From the sequence record OZ317122.1: a DNA stretch of 64,000 nucleotides; one strand, written 5' to 3'. Made by a program: the position numbers and the translations under genes. Numbering within the stretch: position 1 is the first letter of the stretch; each line of letters begins with the position of its first letter. The notes beneath the pieces are model-generated. The model saw only the letters and a list, made by a program, of their open reading frames with translations, was not told where the DNA came from and ran no database searches. The DNA is from a phage. This document shows, piece after piece, positions 1 to 10,381 of the stretch.

Positions 1-11
1 AATTTTCCTTA

Positions 12-2189
12 TTAGGCCGCAAGGGCCTTCATAGTTTTAGCGATTTGAGAAACTTCATCATCACTTAAAGAGTTGCGATATCCGATGAAGTCGGAAACAA
101 TACGGAATTTCTTGGTAAACTCAGCAACCATTTTATCACTGTTTTTTGAAGCATTATTTGATAATACATCAAAAAGATTAGTTACTGTCCAGATGTCATG
201 ACCGATGGTATCTTTTCCACCATTAAAATATACACCGCGCAATGAACTAACTATATTAGCGAGTCGTGTATATTCTTCAGAAACTTCATCTGTACTGAAG
301 TACTTCATCATAAAATCTAGTTCAGGATACTTGATAATTTTATCAATATATCGTTGAGCTGAACTTGAATAACCTACGTACTTATCATAATCTACATCAT
401 CAAAAGCATCTACATATAAATCACGCAGAGTTTCAAAAATACATTGGCACTGACCGAGTTCTTTTACCTTTTTCTGCAAAAGCGGACGAATAACATAAAA
501 CTCATTAATGCCAATAAGATTAGCCATACGAATCAAAATATTCATAGATGGATGACAAAGAGATGTAGTACCATCCATAGAGAAAATATCAGAACGATGC
601 ATATACGCTACATACCCAGTAATTTCATCTGCTTCTGATGTGAGCGTAAATAATTCCTCTTTTTCCCAGCGCCCGTCTTTAATTTCAAACTTAAATGCTG
701 TAGCAGCTTTAGGACGAGGAGCTTTACTTTTAACTACCTTTGGAATATAGCTTTTAACTAAAGCTTCAATTTCTGACAAATAATGAATGTTAACTTCATC
801 ACTTTCAAACATCGCCATAATATCAGGAAGCAAATCAATCTGCGATTCTACTTCTGGATTAATAAACAGAAGGCGTTCGTTGTGATGAATATTCAAAGTG
901 TTATTAAATTCACTATCATCTAATGCACGTGCTAATCCACGGACAATATTAACACGATTTTTAATATTATCAATAACGATATTAATTTTTGTTGTATTAA
1001 TACCAAACAGACGATAACTTGATGCAACGGCTGAAGTTTCATGACTTTGCTTAATGCGTTTCAGTCGAGGGTCAAGATTTACTTCATACACAACTCCCGC
1101 GTTGCATAACTTACTGTCAGGTTCAAACATGCTCTGCATCTTTTTATATGACAGATTTTTAGTCGTGAATTTGACTGAATTACTAATCATATAATCTCGA
1201 GCAGAATACCCCATCTTCATCAATTCACGATATGTGTGACGGGGAGATGTAGATTCTTTAAATCGTTTTACATCTTCATTAAATGCTTTCTCACTAAGCT
1301 CTTTAACTCGTTCAATAATATTTTTACGAGTACGATCATCCAGTGAAAGAGCCTCGCGAGATGGAGCAATATCAAGTGAACCCATTGGAAACTTAATGTA
1401 ATTCACTTCATTGCGAATGCTTAGCCAGTTACGGTCTCTAATAACACCATCGATAGGATAAACAATACCGCCATAGATAGCATATAATCCACCACGATCT
1501 GGCCAGTATCTTTCTGGATTTACGCCATAATAATCATCAAAATCCGGAAAATAATCAATTTCGCGGTCAAGACCATTAATGATAGCCAAATCTTTGAACG
1601 GTCGCATGATATAAGAAACTTCATAAGCAAAGTTTCTAAAGTCTTTTTCTTCAACTGGAACTACAATTTCAATACCAGTTTTATCGTCTGGACCCATTTC
1701 CTTTACGAATGTAGGTTTAATCTGCGGACCATCACCATCCATGTAAGCTACATAACCACGAATTTCACCTTTATGATACGAAGTAATACTAAACGTATCA
1801 GTATAACTAAACGGAGATTTAGAACCTAAACCAAATCCGCCAATAAAGTCATTAGATTCAGCTTTAGATGAACTGAAGTATGAATTATACAACCCAGGAG
1901 AATTATCATCACCCTGAATATCAAAATCACTCATACCCGGACCAAAATCTCGACAAACAAATCGCGGGTCTAATCGTCCTGGAACTTGAATGATAAATTT
2001 TTCAGGATTTCCATTGAGAGCATGGGCATCAATCATGTTAGTAATTAATTCACGGACCACTGCGCGAATCTTGTTTGTATACAAATCAGATGATAGAATT
2101 TTAAATACTTTAGGATTTGCTGCGATGCTAAATGCTTTTGATTTAGAACCATTGCCAAGAATTGTTTCTTTTTCAGTGGTGATAATCAT
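12..2189 (-). CDS. rIIA: rIIA protein (lysis inhibition / exclusion-sensitive membrane-associated protein)
   Basis: 725 aa ORF, N-terminus [16 protein letters not shown] matches remembered T4 rIIA; size identical to T4 rIIA. Confidence 0.9.
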   Translation of the reverse strand: MIITTEKETILGNGSKSKAFSIAANPKVFKILSSDLYTNKIRAVVRELITNMIDAHALNGNPEKFIIQVPGRLDPRFVCRDFGPGMSDFDIQGDDNSPGLYNSYFSSSKAESNDFIGGFGLGSKSPFSYTDTFSITSYHKGEIRGYVAYMDGDGPQIKPTFVKEMGPDDKTGIEIVVPVEEKDFRNFAYEVSYIMRPFKDLAIINGLDREIDYFPDFDDYYGVNPERYWPDRGGLYAIYGGIVYPIDGVIRDRNWLSIRNEVNYIKFPMGSLDIAPSREALSLDDRTRKNIIERVKELSEKAFNEDVKRFKESTSPRHTYRELMKMGYSARDYMISNSVKFTTKNLSYKKMQSMFEPDSKLCNAGVVYEVNLDPRLKRIKQSHETSAVASSYRLFGINTTKINIVIDNIKNRVNIVRGLARALDDSEFNNTLNIHHNERLLFINPEVESQIDLLPDIMAMFESDEVNIHYLSEIEALVKSYIPKVVKSKAPRPKAATAFKFEIKDGRWEKEELFTLTSEADEITGYVAYMHRSDIFSMDGTTSLCHPSMNILIRMANLIGINEFYVIRPLLQKKVKELGQCQCIFETLRDLYVDAFDDVDYDKYVGYSSSAQRYIDKIIKYPELDFMMKYFSTDEVSEEYTRLANIVSSLRGVYFNGGKDTIGHDIWTVTNLFDVLSNNASKNSDKMVAEFTKKFRIVSDFIGYRNSLSDDEVSQIAKTMKALAA

Positions 2190-2199
2190 AATTTCCTCA

Positions 2200-2403
2200 T
2201 TAATTCATATTACGCTTAATAACTTCAGCAACTTCTAGTAGTTCATCTTTAGTTGCGGTGTCGGATTGAATTTTATCTCTAATATCTTTAAAGCGGTTTT
2301 TAAATTCTTCGGCTTCTCCCATATCGAAAAAGCGTTGAATGATTCTATATTCTCGATGAACTGCTTTATCAAAAAGTTCTAAATTTACTTTATATGATTT
2401 CAT
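2200..2403 (-). CDS. small hypothetical protein (rIIA.1-like position)
   Basis: 67 aa ORF immediately upstream of rIIA in the same operon orientation. Confidence 0.6.
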   Translation of the reverse strand: MKSYKVNLELFDKAVHREYRIIQRFFDMGEAEEFKNRFKDIRDKIQSDTATKDELLEVAEVIKRNMN

Positions 2404-2428
2404 TTCAATATCCTCATTTGCCCAATTA

Positions 2429-2457
2429 ATTATACCACATCCTTGTGGTAAAGTAAA
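2429..2457 (-). promoter_or_regulatory. T4-type early promoter (minus strand: GTTTAC -35 / TATAAT -10)
   Basis: plus strand shows attataccacatccttgtggtaaagtaaac = reverse complement of GTTTAC-N17-TGTGGTATAAT. Confidence 0.55.
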
Positions 2458-4278
2458 CTACTGGCTCATCCATTCTTTACGAAGGTCAGCATTATCTCCC
2501 ATGAGCATTTCAAAAAGCTCTTTCCAATTCTCAGGAAGTTTAACAACATCATATACTGGATTTTGAATCATCTCACGATATTCAGATTTTTCCAAAGAGC
2601 CAAGTCCTTTAATATAACGGATGCTATGTTTAGGTAGAGCATCTTTAGCACTCTCATATTCAGCGACTGTATAAAACCATTCTTGTTTTTTACCGACCTG
2701 AGCGATGATTACAGGAGTTTTGACAAAACGAATTCGTCCTTGCTCAAACAATTCTGGCCAATTACTAAAAAATCCAAGCAGAGAAGGATAAATGCTTCCT
2801 AGGCCATCATGGTCAGCATCAGTCATAATAGCGATATTATGATAATTCAAGTTTTCAGCTTTTTCACCGAGAACTAATCCAGTGATTGCGCAAATATCAA
2901 ATAGTTCTTTGTTTTTAAGCATATCTGCATAAGACATACCCCAACTGTTGAGAACTTTACCGCGCAATGGATAACCACCGTGAAGTTCTTTATCACGAAC
3001 ATCAATAAGATATCCGATAGCCGAATCACCCTCAGTCAAGAAAAGAGTAGTGTCAGCATCTTTACCACAAAGATTCGCTTTGATATGTTTATGAACCTTA
3101 GCTTTAGAAGCCTTTTTAGCTGCTTTAGTTTCTGCTGCTTTTTCTGCCGCCAATTTACGAGCCAAAGCAGCTTCAATAATCGGCATTAGAATTGCTTCAT
3201 TATTTAGAATAGCGCGTGAAATCTTTTTAGCATCAAGCTGAATATGACTACGAATTTCACCAAAAGGAGAAGTAAGTCGTTCTTTAGTTTGAGAATCAAA
3301 TCGCATGTTTTTCATATCACGGACAAACATAACGATAGTCAAACATTCTTTAACACGCGCTTTAGTTACATCAATTTTGAACTTACGTTTGATTTGTGGA
3401 ATAAGGTCTTCACAAATATCATCCATAACACAGTCAATGTGATGGCCACCATTCTTAGTGTGAATGTTATTGACGTATGTTAATTGACGAAAACCATCCG
3501 GTGAACGACCAACCGCAATAGAACAATTTTCTTGTTCTTGAACGATAGCATGCTCATCATATTGGCGTGCATATTTCTTAAAATTGCCCTGAACCTTTTT
3601 ACCATTAAAGGTAAATTGAATATCAGGATAAACTACTGCAAGTGTCTGGAGACGATCTAGTGTAATGTCAAGATAAACTTGGGACAGCTCATTAGTTTCA
3701 AATGACATAAAATCAGGAATGAAAGTAACACGAGTTCCTTTCCATTTTCCAGGAATAGTTTCCCATGATTTATTTTCCATGCCATTTGAACAACGAACTA
3801 CAATATTATTTTGACCATCACCAGTTTCACCGACAAACATCACAGAAAAAATGTTTGTCAAACTAGAACCAACACCATTCATACCGCCAGTGACGCGTTC
3901 TTTATCATCACCGAAGTTACCACCTGCTTTTGGAATAGTCCATGCAGCAACAGGACCAGGAATTTCTTCACCGGTAGGTGTTTTAACCATCGCCTGCGGA
4001 ATACCACGACCGTTATCTTCAACTGTTACTTGATTGTTTTTAATAGTAACATTAATTTTATTTGCGAATTTAAACTTAGTACGAATACCTTCATCTACTG
4101 AGTTATCGATAATTTCATCAATAAGCTTAACAAGACCAGGTACATACTGAACACTTTCCCATTTACCAAACAGAAAGCGCTCATGCATTTCATTAGCAGA
4201 AGAGCCAATATACATGCCACTACGCTTTTTGATATGCTCAATATCGCTCAGAATTTTAATTTCATTCTTAATCATCAC
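2458..4278 (-). CDS. 39: DNA topoisomerase II large (ATPase, GyrB-like) subunit, contiguous form covering gene 39 plus gene 60 equivalents
   Basis: 606 aa; N-terminus MIKNEIKILSDIEHIKKRSGMYIGS; GHKL ATPase motifs; one uninterrupted ORF. Confidence 0.9.
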   Translation of the reverse strand: MMIKNEIKILSDIEHIKKRSGMYIGSSANEMHERFLFGKWESVQYVPGLVKLIDEIIDNSVDEGIRTKFKFANKINVTIKNNQVTVEDNGRGIPQAMVKTPTGEEIPGPVAAWTIPKAGGNFGDDKERVTGGMNGVGSSLTNIFSVMFVGETGDGQNNIVVRCSNGMENKSWETIPGKWKGTRVTFIPDFMSFETNELSQVYLDITLDRLQTLAVVYPDIQFTFNGKKVQGNFKKYARQYDEHAIVQEQENCSIAVGRSPDGFRQLTYVNNIHTKNGGHHIDCVMDDICEDLIPQIKRKFKIDVTKARVKECLTIVMFVRDMKNMRFDSQTKERLTSPFGEIRSHIQLDAKKISRAILNNEAILMPIIEAALARKLAAEKAAETKAAKKASKAKVHKHIKANLCGKDADTTLFLTEGDSAIGYLIDVRDKELHGGYPLRGKVLNSWGMSYADMLKNKELFDICAITGLVLGEKAENLNYHNIAIMTDADHDGLGSIYPSLLGFFSNWPELFEQGRIRFVKTPVIIAQVGKKQEWFYTVAEYESAKDALPKHSIRYIKGLGSLEKSEYREMIQNPVYDVVKLPENWKELFEMLMGDNADLRKEWMSQ

Positions 4279-4328
4279 TTATCCTCGTTTGGTTTCGGGA
4301 ATATTATACTCCGGTAATCATAAAGCTA

Positions 4329-4344
4329 AAGGCCCTAAGGCCTT
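4329..4344 (-). other. intercistronic GC hairpin (AAGGCC-loop-GGCCTT)
   Basis: perfect 6-bp stem, 4-nt loop, just 3' of ORF 4345..4614. Confidence 0.35.
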
Positions 4345-4614
4345 TTATTTAAAACGAATAGTTGAATCCTTAAAGAACAGCCCAGAACATACTGTTCCTT
4401 CTACTTTCTGCCCGGTAGGTCCAATAGCACGAAATCCAGTATGCTGGAAATCATTTTCAGAGCAACCGAACCAGTTATATCCAGTGATTTCAATATTAGT
4501 AAACCCACTTGAAGACAAAACTTTGGTTGCATTATCAGCATCAGTACATCCTACTAAAGATACTGCTAATACTAATGCCGCGATAGAACGATTAACATAT
4601 TTCATAATTTTCAC
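4345..4614 (-). CDS. putative lipoprotein (signal peptide with LVGC lipobox)
   Basis: 89 aa; N-terminus MKIMKYVNRSIAALVLAVSLVGC. Confidence 0.6.
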   Translation of the reverse strand: MKIMKYVNRSIAALVLAVSLVGCTDADNATKVLSSSGFTNIEITGYNWFGCSENDFQHTGFRAIGPTGQKVEGTVCSGLFFKDSTIRFK

Positions 4615-4982
4615 TTAAATTTAATGGCTTGAAGAAGACTAATAACTCTCAAGCGACTTCTTTCATCTTTAACTGTAAAAGAAAGAGGGTCACCAGACTT
4701 CATAGTAATAGTGCATTCAAAATCAAAATCTTCGGAAACTTCTTTGAAGAAGTCAAATTCTTCATCATAAATTAAAACTTCACTCCGAAGACTGTGAAGA
4801 ATTTTTCCGTCATTTCCAGATGCTGTACTAATCATTGTAACATTATTACCTTTCATATCTTCAACGATAAATTCGCTTGTAGATATTACAGCATTAATAG
4901 AACCATTCCTATAAATAGCAGAAAATAGATATTTCTTTTCTTCACCTTCGCGAATGCGATATTTCTTACCTATTTTAAACAT
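4611..4982 (-). CDS. hypothetical protein
   Basis: 123 aa ORF, ATGA overlap with downstream gene. Confidence 0.55.
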   Translation of the reverse strand: MFKIGKKYRIREGEEKKYLFSAIYRNGSINAVISTSEFIVEDMKGNNVTMISTASGNDGKILHSLRSEVLIYDEEFDFFKEVSEDFDFECTITMKSGDPLSFTVKDERSRLRVISLLQAIKFK

Positions 4983-4984
4983 AA

Positions 4985-5161
4985 TTACCCTTTAAGTAAG
5001 TCGTAAAATCCGCCATTCACATGCTTAGGGGCAGAGACTAACCGAATAGCAATCCGATGACAATCAGGACATACATCAGTATCTCTTTCAGAAATTTTCT
5101 TGATTTTTTCGTATTCTTTTGCGCAGTCTTTTGATTGACATTTATAATCATAAAGCGGCAT
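4985..5161 (-). CDS. small zinc-ribbon protein (YDYKC...C / CPDC pairs)
   Basis: 58 aa ORF found by hand translation (MPLYDYKCQSKDCAKEYEKI...CPDCHR...); TAATTATG junctions on both sides; below the 60-aa track cutoff. Confidence 0.5.
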   Translation of the reverse strand: MPLYDYKCQSKDCAKEYEKIKKISERDTDVCPDCHRIAIRLVSAPKHVNGGFYDLLKG

Positions 5162-5163
5162 AA

Positions 5164-5577
5164 TTATTCCTTAAAGTGAGCTTTCAACATCTGATACAAG
5201 GACCATGCCTGTTCATCATTTTCAATAGTAACTTTCATTACAGGGAATTTAGATTGATCAGTTATCGGTGCAGATTCTTCCTGCTCTTCAGCTGCCTGGT
5301 ATGGATTTTCAACTTCATTAAAGAATTCAGCTTCATTCGATGAAAGCCAAATAAAATCTTCATCCAAAATATCTTTACCAGAAGATAGTACTAAATTTCC
5401 AGCAAATGACATAATTTTAATAGGACGCCCAAGAGCATCCACATCTAAAATTTTAAAAGGATGCATACCTAAACGGCGTGCATAGATTCCGTTATCAGTA
5501 TGGTCTTTAATAAAATTTTCTTGAGCTTGTTTATTTTTGAATTGATACCATTTATTAACTTCAAATTTAATAGCCAT
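5164..5577 (-). CDS. hypothetical protein
   Basis: 137 aa ORF in operon context. Confidence 0.55.
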   Translation of the reverse strand: MAIKFEVNKWYQFKNKQAQENFIKDHTDNGIYARRLGMHPFKILDVDALGRPIKIMSFAGNLVLSSGKDILDEDFIWLSSNEAEFFNEVENPYQAAEEQEESAPITDQSKFPVMKVTIENDEQAWSLYQMLKAHFKE

Positions 5578-5792
5578 TAATAAATTTCCTTCCAGTAAGT
5601 TGTGCCATCTTCAGTAATTTCACGAAATACACCATAAATTGGCTGTTTATCACCGACTTTCTCATACACATAAACAGAAGTCAAGTGAGTAAACTTGCTA
5701 GTATGTTCCTTTTGAACTACTACCAAATTTGGATCAAATAATACATCTTCAAATTCATCATTAGTGCAATTCTGAACAATTTTACGTTTCAT
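5577..5792 (-). CDS. small protein, size and position consistent with T4 cef
   Basis: 71 aa ORF between goF-like and motB-like genes. Confidence 0.5.
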   Translation of the reverse strand: MKRKIVQNCTNDEFEDVLFDPNLVVVQKEHTSKFTHLTSVYVYEKVGDKQPIYGVFREITEDGTTYWKEIY

Positions 5793-5891
5793 TACAATTT
5801 CCTCATTAATTAAACATTGGAGCGATGCGTTTCAGAAGAGTATCAGCACCTTTAACGAATTATCCATTTTATTCTCCAAGTTGTTTTCTGT

Positions 5892-5934
5892 ATCAGTAGT
5901 TGATATTGATATAGTACCATAATCAACTACTGAT
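5892..5934. repeat. 13-bp perfect inverted repeat (atcagtagttgat / atcaactactgat) with 17-nt spacer
   Basis: read directly from sequence; the spacer carries a TGGTACTATA -10-like element on the minus strand. Confidence 0.7.
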
Positions 5935-5964
5935 GTATATAGTTTTATGAAAAAATTTTAAACT

Positions 5965-6456
5965 TTATGCATAGCGAGCTTTGCTGTAGTGTTTAATCCA
6001 ACTTTCAGGAATGACTTTGTATGTTCCTAAAAATACCGCGTTGTATAACTTAACGCCATCTTCTACCCATTGATCAGTAATGTATGCACACATAGCGCGA
6101 GTACGCTGAGGAAGTGGTTGTCCACCTTCGGTAAATTCAAACTCATAAGGAGCAATGAACTTGATAGCTTGACCAAGTTTCCACTTAAAGTCTACACCTA
6201 CATGCGAAGTATCAATCGTTTCAATTCCTTTAGCAGGAACAGCTTTCAAAAACGCAGGCTCAAGAAATTTCCATCGAACATAACCAAACTGGGGCTTAGA
6301 CATTCCATCTTTAGCAATGATACGTACTTTTACTTCAGAATCTTCATCTTTAACACCGTGTTTAAGCTGAATGCTTACAACTTCGACCAATTTTCCTGCT
6401 GCTTTAGAACGGGATTTATCAGATACACGAGCAATTTCACCGATATTAATATTCAT
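5965..6456 (-). CDS. MotB-like protein (size and position of T4 motB)
   Basis: 163 aa; shares a C-terminal domain with the next ORF. Confidence 0.55.
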   Translation of the reverse strand: MNINIGEIARVSDKSRSKAAGKLVEVVSIQLKHGVKDEDSEVKVRIIAKDGMSKPQFGYVRWKFLEPAFLKAVPAKGIETIDTSHVGVDFKWKLGQAIKFIAPYEFEFTEGGQPLPQRTRAMCAYITDQWVEDGVKLYNAVFLGTYKVIPESWIKHYSKARYA

Positions 6457-6529
6457 AATTATCTCTCACTTGTTAAAAAGATTTTATACTCCACAGGACC
6501 ATTATACTCTGGTCCCAAGAGTTTGTAAA

Positions 6530-7078
6530 CTAGCTTACACGAACATTAATCACTGCGCTACGAGGAACTACAGAGTATTCTCCAGCATGAACTACGTTCA
6601 GAAGTTCAACGCCATCTTCAATCCACTGGTCTGTTACCCAACCACAGATAGGATTATCAAAAGGACGACGGATAGACACAGCAGCACACAACAGGTCTGT
6701 AGGGTCTTGTTCTTCAACTTCTTGGAACAGGATGAACTCATCTTCATAAACCAGGTTTTTCTTTATTTTGTTATTATCTAACCGGCGACCGTGGATGACG
6801 TAAGATTTGTCAAACCACTCACTTTTGGCAAATTCTTCAACAATAAATTCGCCTTCGCCAAAAACATCAGTCAGAGTTTTATGACCAGAAATCAAGGCAT
6901 TAGTTTTAATTTTAGGTTCAACCAGTTTGTAGGTTTTGCCGATTTCAATAGCGGTAGTCATAGTAGGTTCCTTAATTTCCAGTGGTTTAACAGGGCATAC
7001 ATAAGTGCTTACAACATCAAAATCAATCAGTTTAGCTACCGGATTTGGTATGTATTCAGGATTATAATTAAATTTCAT
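6530..7078 (-). CDS. paralog of preceding gene (shared C-terminal domain)
   Basis: 182 aa; C-terminus CGWVTDQWIEDGVELLNVVHAGEYSVVP versus CAYITDQWVEDGVKLYNAVFLGTYKVIP. Confidence 0.55.
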   Translation of the reverse strand: MKFNYNPEYIPNPVAKLIDFDVVSTYVCPVKPLEIKEPTMTTAIEIGKTYKLVEPKIKTNALISGHKTLTDVFGEGEFIVEEFAKSEWFDKSYVIHGRRLDNNKIKKNLVYEDEFILFQEVEEQDPTDLLCAAVSIRRPFDNPICGWVTDQWIEDGVELLNVVHAGEYSVVPRSAVINVRVS

Positions 7079-7080
7079 AA

Positions 7081-7581
7081 TTATCTCATTTCAATAAAAT
7101 CTACGAGTTCAGCATGCGATTTGCGGAACATTACTTGGTGCCCACCAATGATAACTTCATCTTCAGGAACTTCGTATACAGCGAGATAAAATCCTTTAGA
7201 AGATAATTCTTCCCGCTCTTCTCGTGTGAACCATCTCATCATATCATATTCACTAGCGAAAGCAAAATGATAAAGACCTATAAACCATCCTGGAATATGA
7301 TATTCTACTCCAACATAATCTTTCTTGAACTTAGTATTAATTACTATATTAGCGTTTTTAACTAATAGTTTATCTTCGTGTGGTAAAGGAATTCTTTTAT
7401 TATTATCGCTATGATGCATAAAATTAGGTCTGTCATAACCTACGTGTAATAGCCACTCTTCGCTACATGAATCTATTATACTCCTGTACGGCGTTATTTG
7501 AACACAAAGATTTCGACGTATTGTTATAGCATCTTCATAATCAAGAATACTAAACGATGATTCAACACGATAAATTTTCAT
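7081..7581 (-). CDS. hypothetical protein
   Basis: track ORF 7081..7620; start moved to internal ATG (MKIYRVE) with GAGGA SD because an early promoter lies at 7606-7640. Confidence 0.5.
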   Translation of the reverse strand: MKIYRVESSFSILDYEDAITIRRNLCVQITPYRSIIDSCSEEWLLHVGYDRPNFMHHSDNNKRIPLPHEDKLLVKNANIVINTKFKKDYVGVEYHIPGWFIGLYHFAFASEYDMMRWFTREEREELSSKGFYLAVYEVPEDEVIIGGHQVMFRKSHAELVDFIEMR

Positions 7582-7605
7582 TTTATTATCCTCAGTAGCT
7601 ATGGT

Positions 7606-7640
7606 GTTATAATACCACAACTAACCGAGGAAGTAAACAA
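7606..7640 (-). promoter_or_regulatory. T4-type early promoter
   Basis: plus-strand ttataataccac...gtaaac = reverse complement of GTTTAC / TATAAT. Confidence 0.45.
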
Positions 7641-7644
7641 CTTT

Positions 7645-8328
7645 TTATCGTTTTGTTGGAAGAGATAGAGGATCGCAATCTTCCTCTGACGGAGCATCTT
7701 CAAGACCCATAGCATATCGCAAAGCATACTTCATCATCAGAATATCTTTCGCACAGTCATGAATAGAATCATGCGCAACGAATCCATCTAAAGTTCCTTT
7801 TGGAAGAGGACACGTGGTCATATCACGAACAAGCAGAAGTGCTTCAATTCTGGTACGAATATCACGCTGATTCCAGAATTTACATGGTTCTAACTTAAAT
7901 GTGTCAAGCTCATTCTCAGAAACACCATTAAAACGTTGAATATCACGAATAAGATCGACTAAAATTGGAAAATCAAACGACATTCCACGGCACCAGCCTT
8001 GAGATTTCCAAGGATCGATATTATGTGCATTGATGTAATCATTAAATTTTGCAATACCATCGATAGTGCTTACATCTTCATCTGATGGTGCAATATTTTT
8101 TCGAGCTTCAGGAGATTGATTCTTCCACCATTCGATAGTGCTTTTAGTAAAAAGACGATGTCCTTTTTGGCTTTTTAAATCAAACTTGATTTTAATGCCG
8201 CGTGAAACTAATTCATCAAATGTTTCAACTACTTCTGGATTAGGGTCAAAGGCAATAACAGCCAAATCAATAACAGCTGCCTTTTCACCGCTTCCCATTG
8301 TTTCAAAATCTATAATAAAATCAAACAT
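7645..8328 (-). CDS. dexA: exonuclease A (DEDD-type 3'-5' exonuclease)
   Basis: 227 aa; N-terminus MFDFIIDFETMGSG. Confidence 0.85.
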   Translation of the reverse strand: MFDFIIDFETMGSGEKAAVIDLAVIAFDPNPEVVETFDELVSRGIKIKFDLKSQKGHRLFTKSTIEWWKNQSPEARKNIAPSDEDVSTIDGIAKFNDYINAHNIDPWKSQGWCRGMSFDFPILVDLIRDIQRFNGVSENELDTFKLEPCKFWNQRDIRTRIEALLLVRDMTTCPLPKGTLDGFVAHDSIHDCAKDILMMKYALRYAMGLEDAPSEEDCDPLSLPTKR

Positions 8329-8570
8329 TAAATTTTCCTCGCTAAATCGCGAATTTGGCCTACAGTATAGTCTTGAATATAAACTTTATTAATAGGTTCA
8401 TCAATAAATTTTGCCATAGATTCAATATCTTTTTGCATCTCTTCAAGACTGTATATTATCTTTAAAGCTTTTTCGCGAATAGTAATATTTTCAGGACCAG
8501 AATTTTTCTCAATGACAGCTTTAACATTTGTCATAAGAGATTTAAACTGACACCAACTTAATTCAATCAT
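8328..8570 (-). CDS. hypothetical protein (dexA.1 position)
   Basis: 80 aa ORF. Confidence 0.5.
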   Translation of the reverse strand: MIELSWCQFKSLMTNVKAVIEKNSGPENITIREKALKIIYSLEEMQKDIESMAKFIDEPINKVYIQDYTVGQIRDLARKI

Positions 8571-8823
8571 TAATAATCGCCTTATAAAGATAGCTAATTT
8601 CGCCTAAAATATAATCATTGATTGTAACAGTTTTCACTTCACCGCAAAAGAATTCTAACGCAATCAAATCTCGTTCAATTTCTTCCAATTGAAGCATTAA
8701 CTTGCCTGATTCAATTTTCACGTTTTTGCGATTTTTACTATAAGCTATTTCATAAATTTCGCTCACTTTATCTTGAAGCAGATAAAACTGGTCTTTAGTT
8801 ATTTCCACGAATAGCTTCCTCAA
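8563..8823 (-). CDS. hypothetical protein (dexA.2 position)
   Basis: 86 aa ORF. Confidence 0.5.
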   Translation of the reverse strand: MRKLFVEITKDQFYLLQDKVSEIYEIAYSKNRKNVKIESGKLMLQLEEIERDLIALEFFCGEVKTVTINDYILGEISYLYKAIIND

Positions 8824-9055
8824 ATTTAATCAGCAGCTTACAGACACTTTCATCTAATGTAATTACCGTGTCTGTATTACTATGATATGATTGTTTTTCA
8901 ATTCGTTTAATTGCTAGTATAGTATCACTTATAAGATTAAGTTTATAAAGGAGCTCAGCTCCTGTTACCATAACACTGAGGTTATCTTGCTTATCAGTAT
9001 GCTTCTTTATACCATCTATTAGACGATTTAAATATTTTGAATTGATGTTAATCAT
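8795..9055 (-). CDS. hypothetical protein
   Basis: 86 aa ORF. Confidence 0.5.
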   Translation of the reverse strand: MININSKYLNRLIDGIKKHTDKQDNLSVMVTGAELLYKLNLISDTILAIKRIEKQSYHSNTDTVITLDESVCKLLIKFEEAIRGNN

Positions 9056-9061
9056 ATATCC

Positions 9062-10381
9062 TCACACATAAAACACATCATAACGACCACGAGTAACACC
9101 AACATAAAGAAGTTGCTGAGCTAGTTCAGCGTCTGCATAATGAATACAAGGCGTATAAATGAAAGCACGGTCTACAGACATACCTTGAGCTTTATGGAAT
9201 GTTGATGCAGGAAGTGCTTTCACTTTACTAAACTGTGATTTAGCATCCCAAAAATCACTCCATGGAGCTTTTCCGCCTTTGTTCCAATTTTTATAAGTTT
9301 CTGCCGTTTTACCTAAAAATAGGTTAAACTTATATAACTCTTCATCAGATGAAATTATTTTAATCTTTTCACGATAATATTCATCATCGCCGTAAGTTTC
9401 TACTGTTAAATCCCAATGACGAATTAAGTATTCTCCAGGAACACCACGAGCTTTAACAAACGTCGATGTATACTCTGCTTCTATAATACGAACTAATTGT
9501 CCGTTATTAAAAATAATTTCTGACACAGGCTTTCCATCAATTTTATATGTTTTAATTAATGGTTCCTGCATTACAATAATTTCACCGACAATAAAATCTT
9601 TATCAGTTTCAAAAATCTTTTTACGAATAATGCTATTTAACTTGTCAACAGATTTATTTGTAAATGCCATTACGCGATTTTCAAACAAATCGTCTAGTGA
9701 TTTTACGATTGAAAAATAATTTACCATAAAATCGCGTAAAGCGGTATCACCAGTAAATCCACGTACTCCATGCCCGTCAACAACTTTATCATAAATCCAC
9801 TTACCGTTACGAACGTCAGTAGCTACATCAATAATAGGAGCATTACTGCGTTTAACTTCAGTGAGTTCACACTGATAAAAATCTTTATGTGTAAAGAATG
9901 GACTGATATAAGCAGTATTTTCTCCTGGATCAACAGGTCTAATTTGCTTATTATCACCTATTCCAATTATAGTACACCAAGGTGGAATAGTTGAAAGCAG
10001 AATTTTAAATAGCTTTCTATCATACATTGACACTTCGTCGCAGATTAATACCCTGCATTTAGCTAAATCTGGTACTTCCTTCTGTTCAAAAAGAACGTTT
10101 TCTTCATACGTAACTGGGTTAATTTTAAGAATACTGTGAATAGTACTCGCTTCTTTCCCCGACAGTTTTGAAAGAATCTTTTTAGCTGCATGTGTAGGAG
10201 CTGCTAAAATAATACCAGTTTCACCCGTAGATATTAAAGCTTCAATGATGAACTTAGTAAGAGTAGTCTTACCAGTACCAGCAGGTCCATTAATAGTTAC
10301 ATGATGTTTCTTTTCTTTAATAGCCCTCATAACGATGTTAAAGGCATTTTTCTGGCCTTCTGTCAAATCATCAAATGTCAT
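9062..10381 (-). CDS. dda: Dda DNA helicase (SF1B)
   Basis: 439 aa; Walker A GPAGTGKTT; size equals T4 Dda. Confidence 0.9.
   Translation of the reverse strand: MTFDDLTEGQKNAFNIVMRAIKEKKHHVTINGPAGTGKTTLTKFIIEALISTGETGIILAAPTHAAKKILSKLSGKEASTIHSILKINPVTYEENVLFEQKEVPDLAKCRVLICDEVSMYDRKLFKILLSTIPPWCTIIGIGDNKQIRPVDPGENTAYISPFFTHKDFYQCELTEVKRSNAPIIDVATDVRNGKWIYDKVVDGHGVRGFTGDTALRDFMVNYFSIVKSLDDLFENRVMAFTNKSVDKLNSIIRKKIFETDKDFIVGEIIVMQEPLIKTYKIDGKPVSEIIFNNGQLVRIIEAEYTSTFVKARGVPGEYLIRHWDLTVETYGDDEYYREKIKIISSDEELYKFNLFLGKTAETYKNWNKGGKAPWSDFWDAKSQFSKVKALPASTFHKAQGMSVDRAFIYTPCIHYADAELAQQLLYVGVTRGRYDVFYV

Noticed and set aside
9-28. GC hairpin near the start of the window as a terminator for rIIA
   Set aside because: It overlaps the last codons of rIIA, and the next gene on the transcript follows immediately, so it is not a convincing terminator.
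444-638. Plus-strand track ORFs lying inside minus-strand genes (for example 444..638, 1990..2238, 2980..3189, 3811..4101, 9770..9994, 15342..15710, 20152..20406, 27735..28022, 34509..34892, 62204..62593)
   Set aside because: They overlap well-supported minus-strand genes, lack ribosome binding sites and have low-complexity composition; treated as shadow ORFs.
2458-3000. Gene 60 translational bypass (50-nt hop)
   Set aside because: The topoisomerase ORF reads straight through with no in-frame stop or gap.
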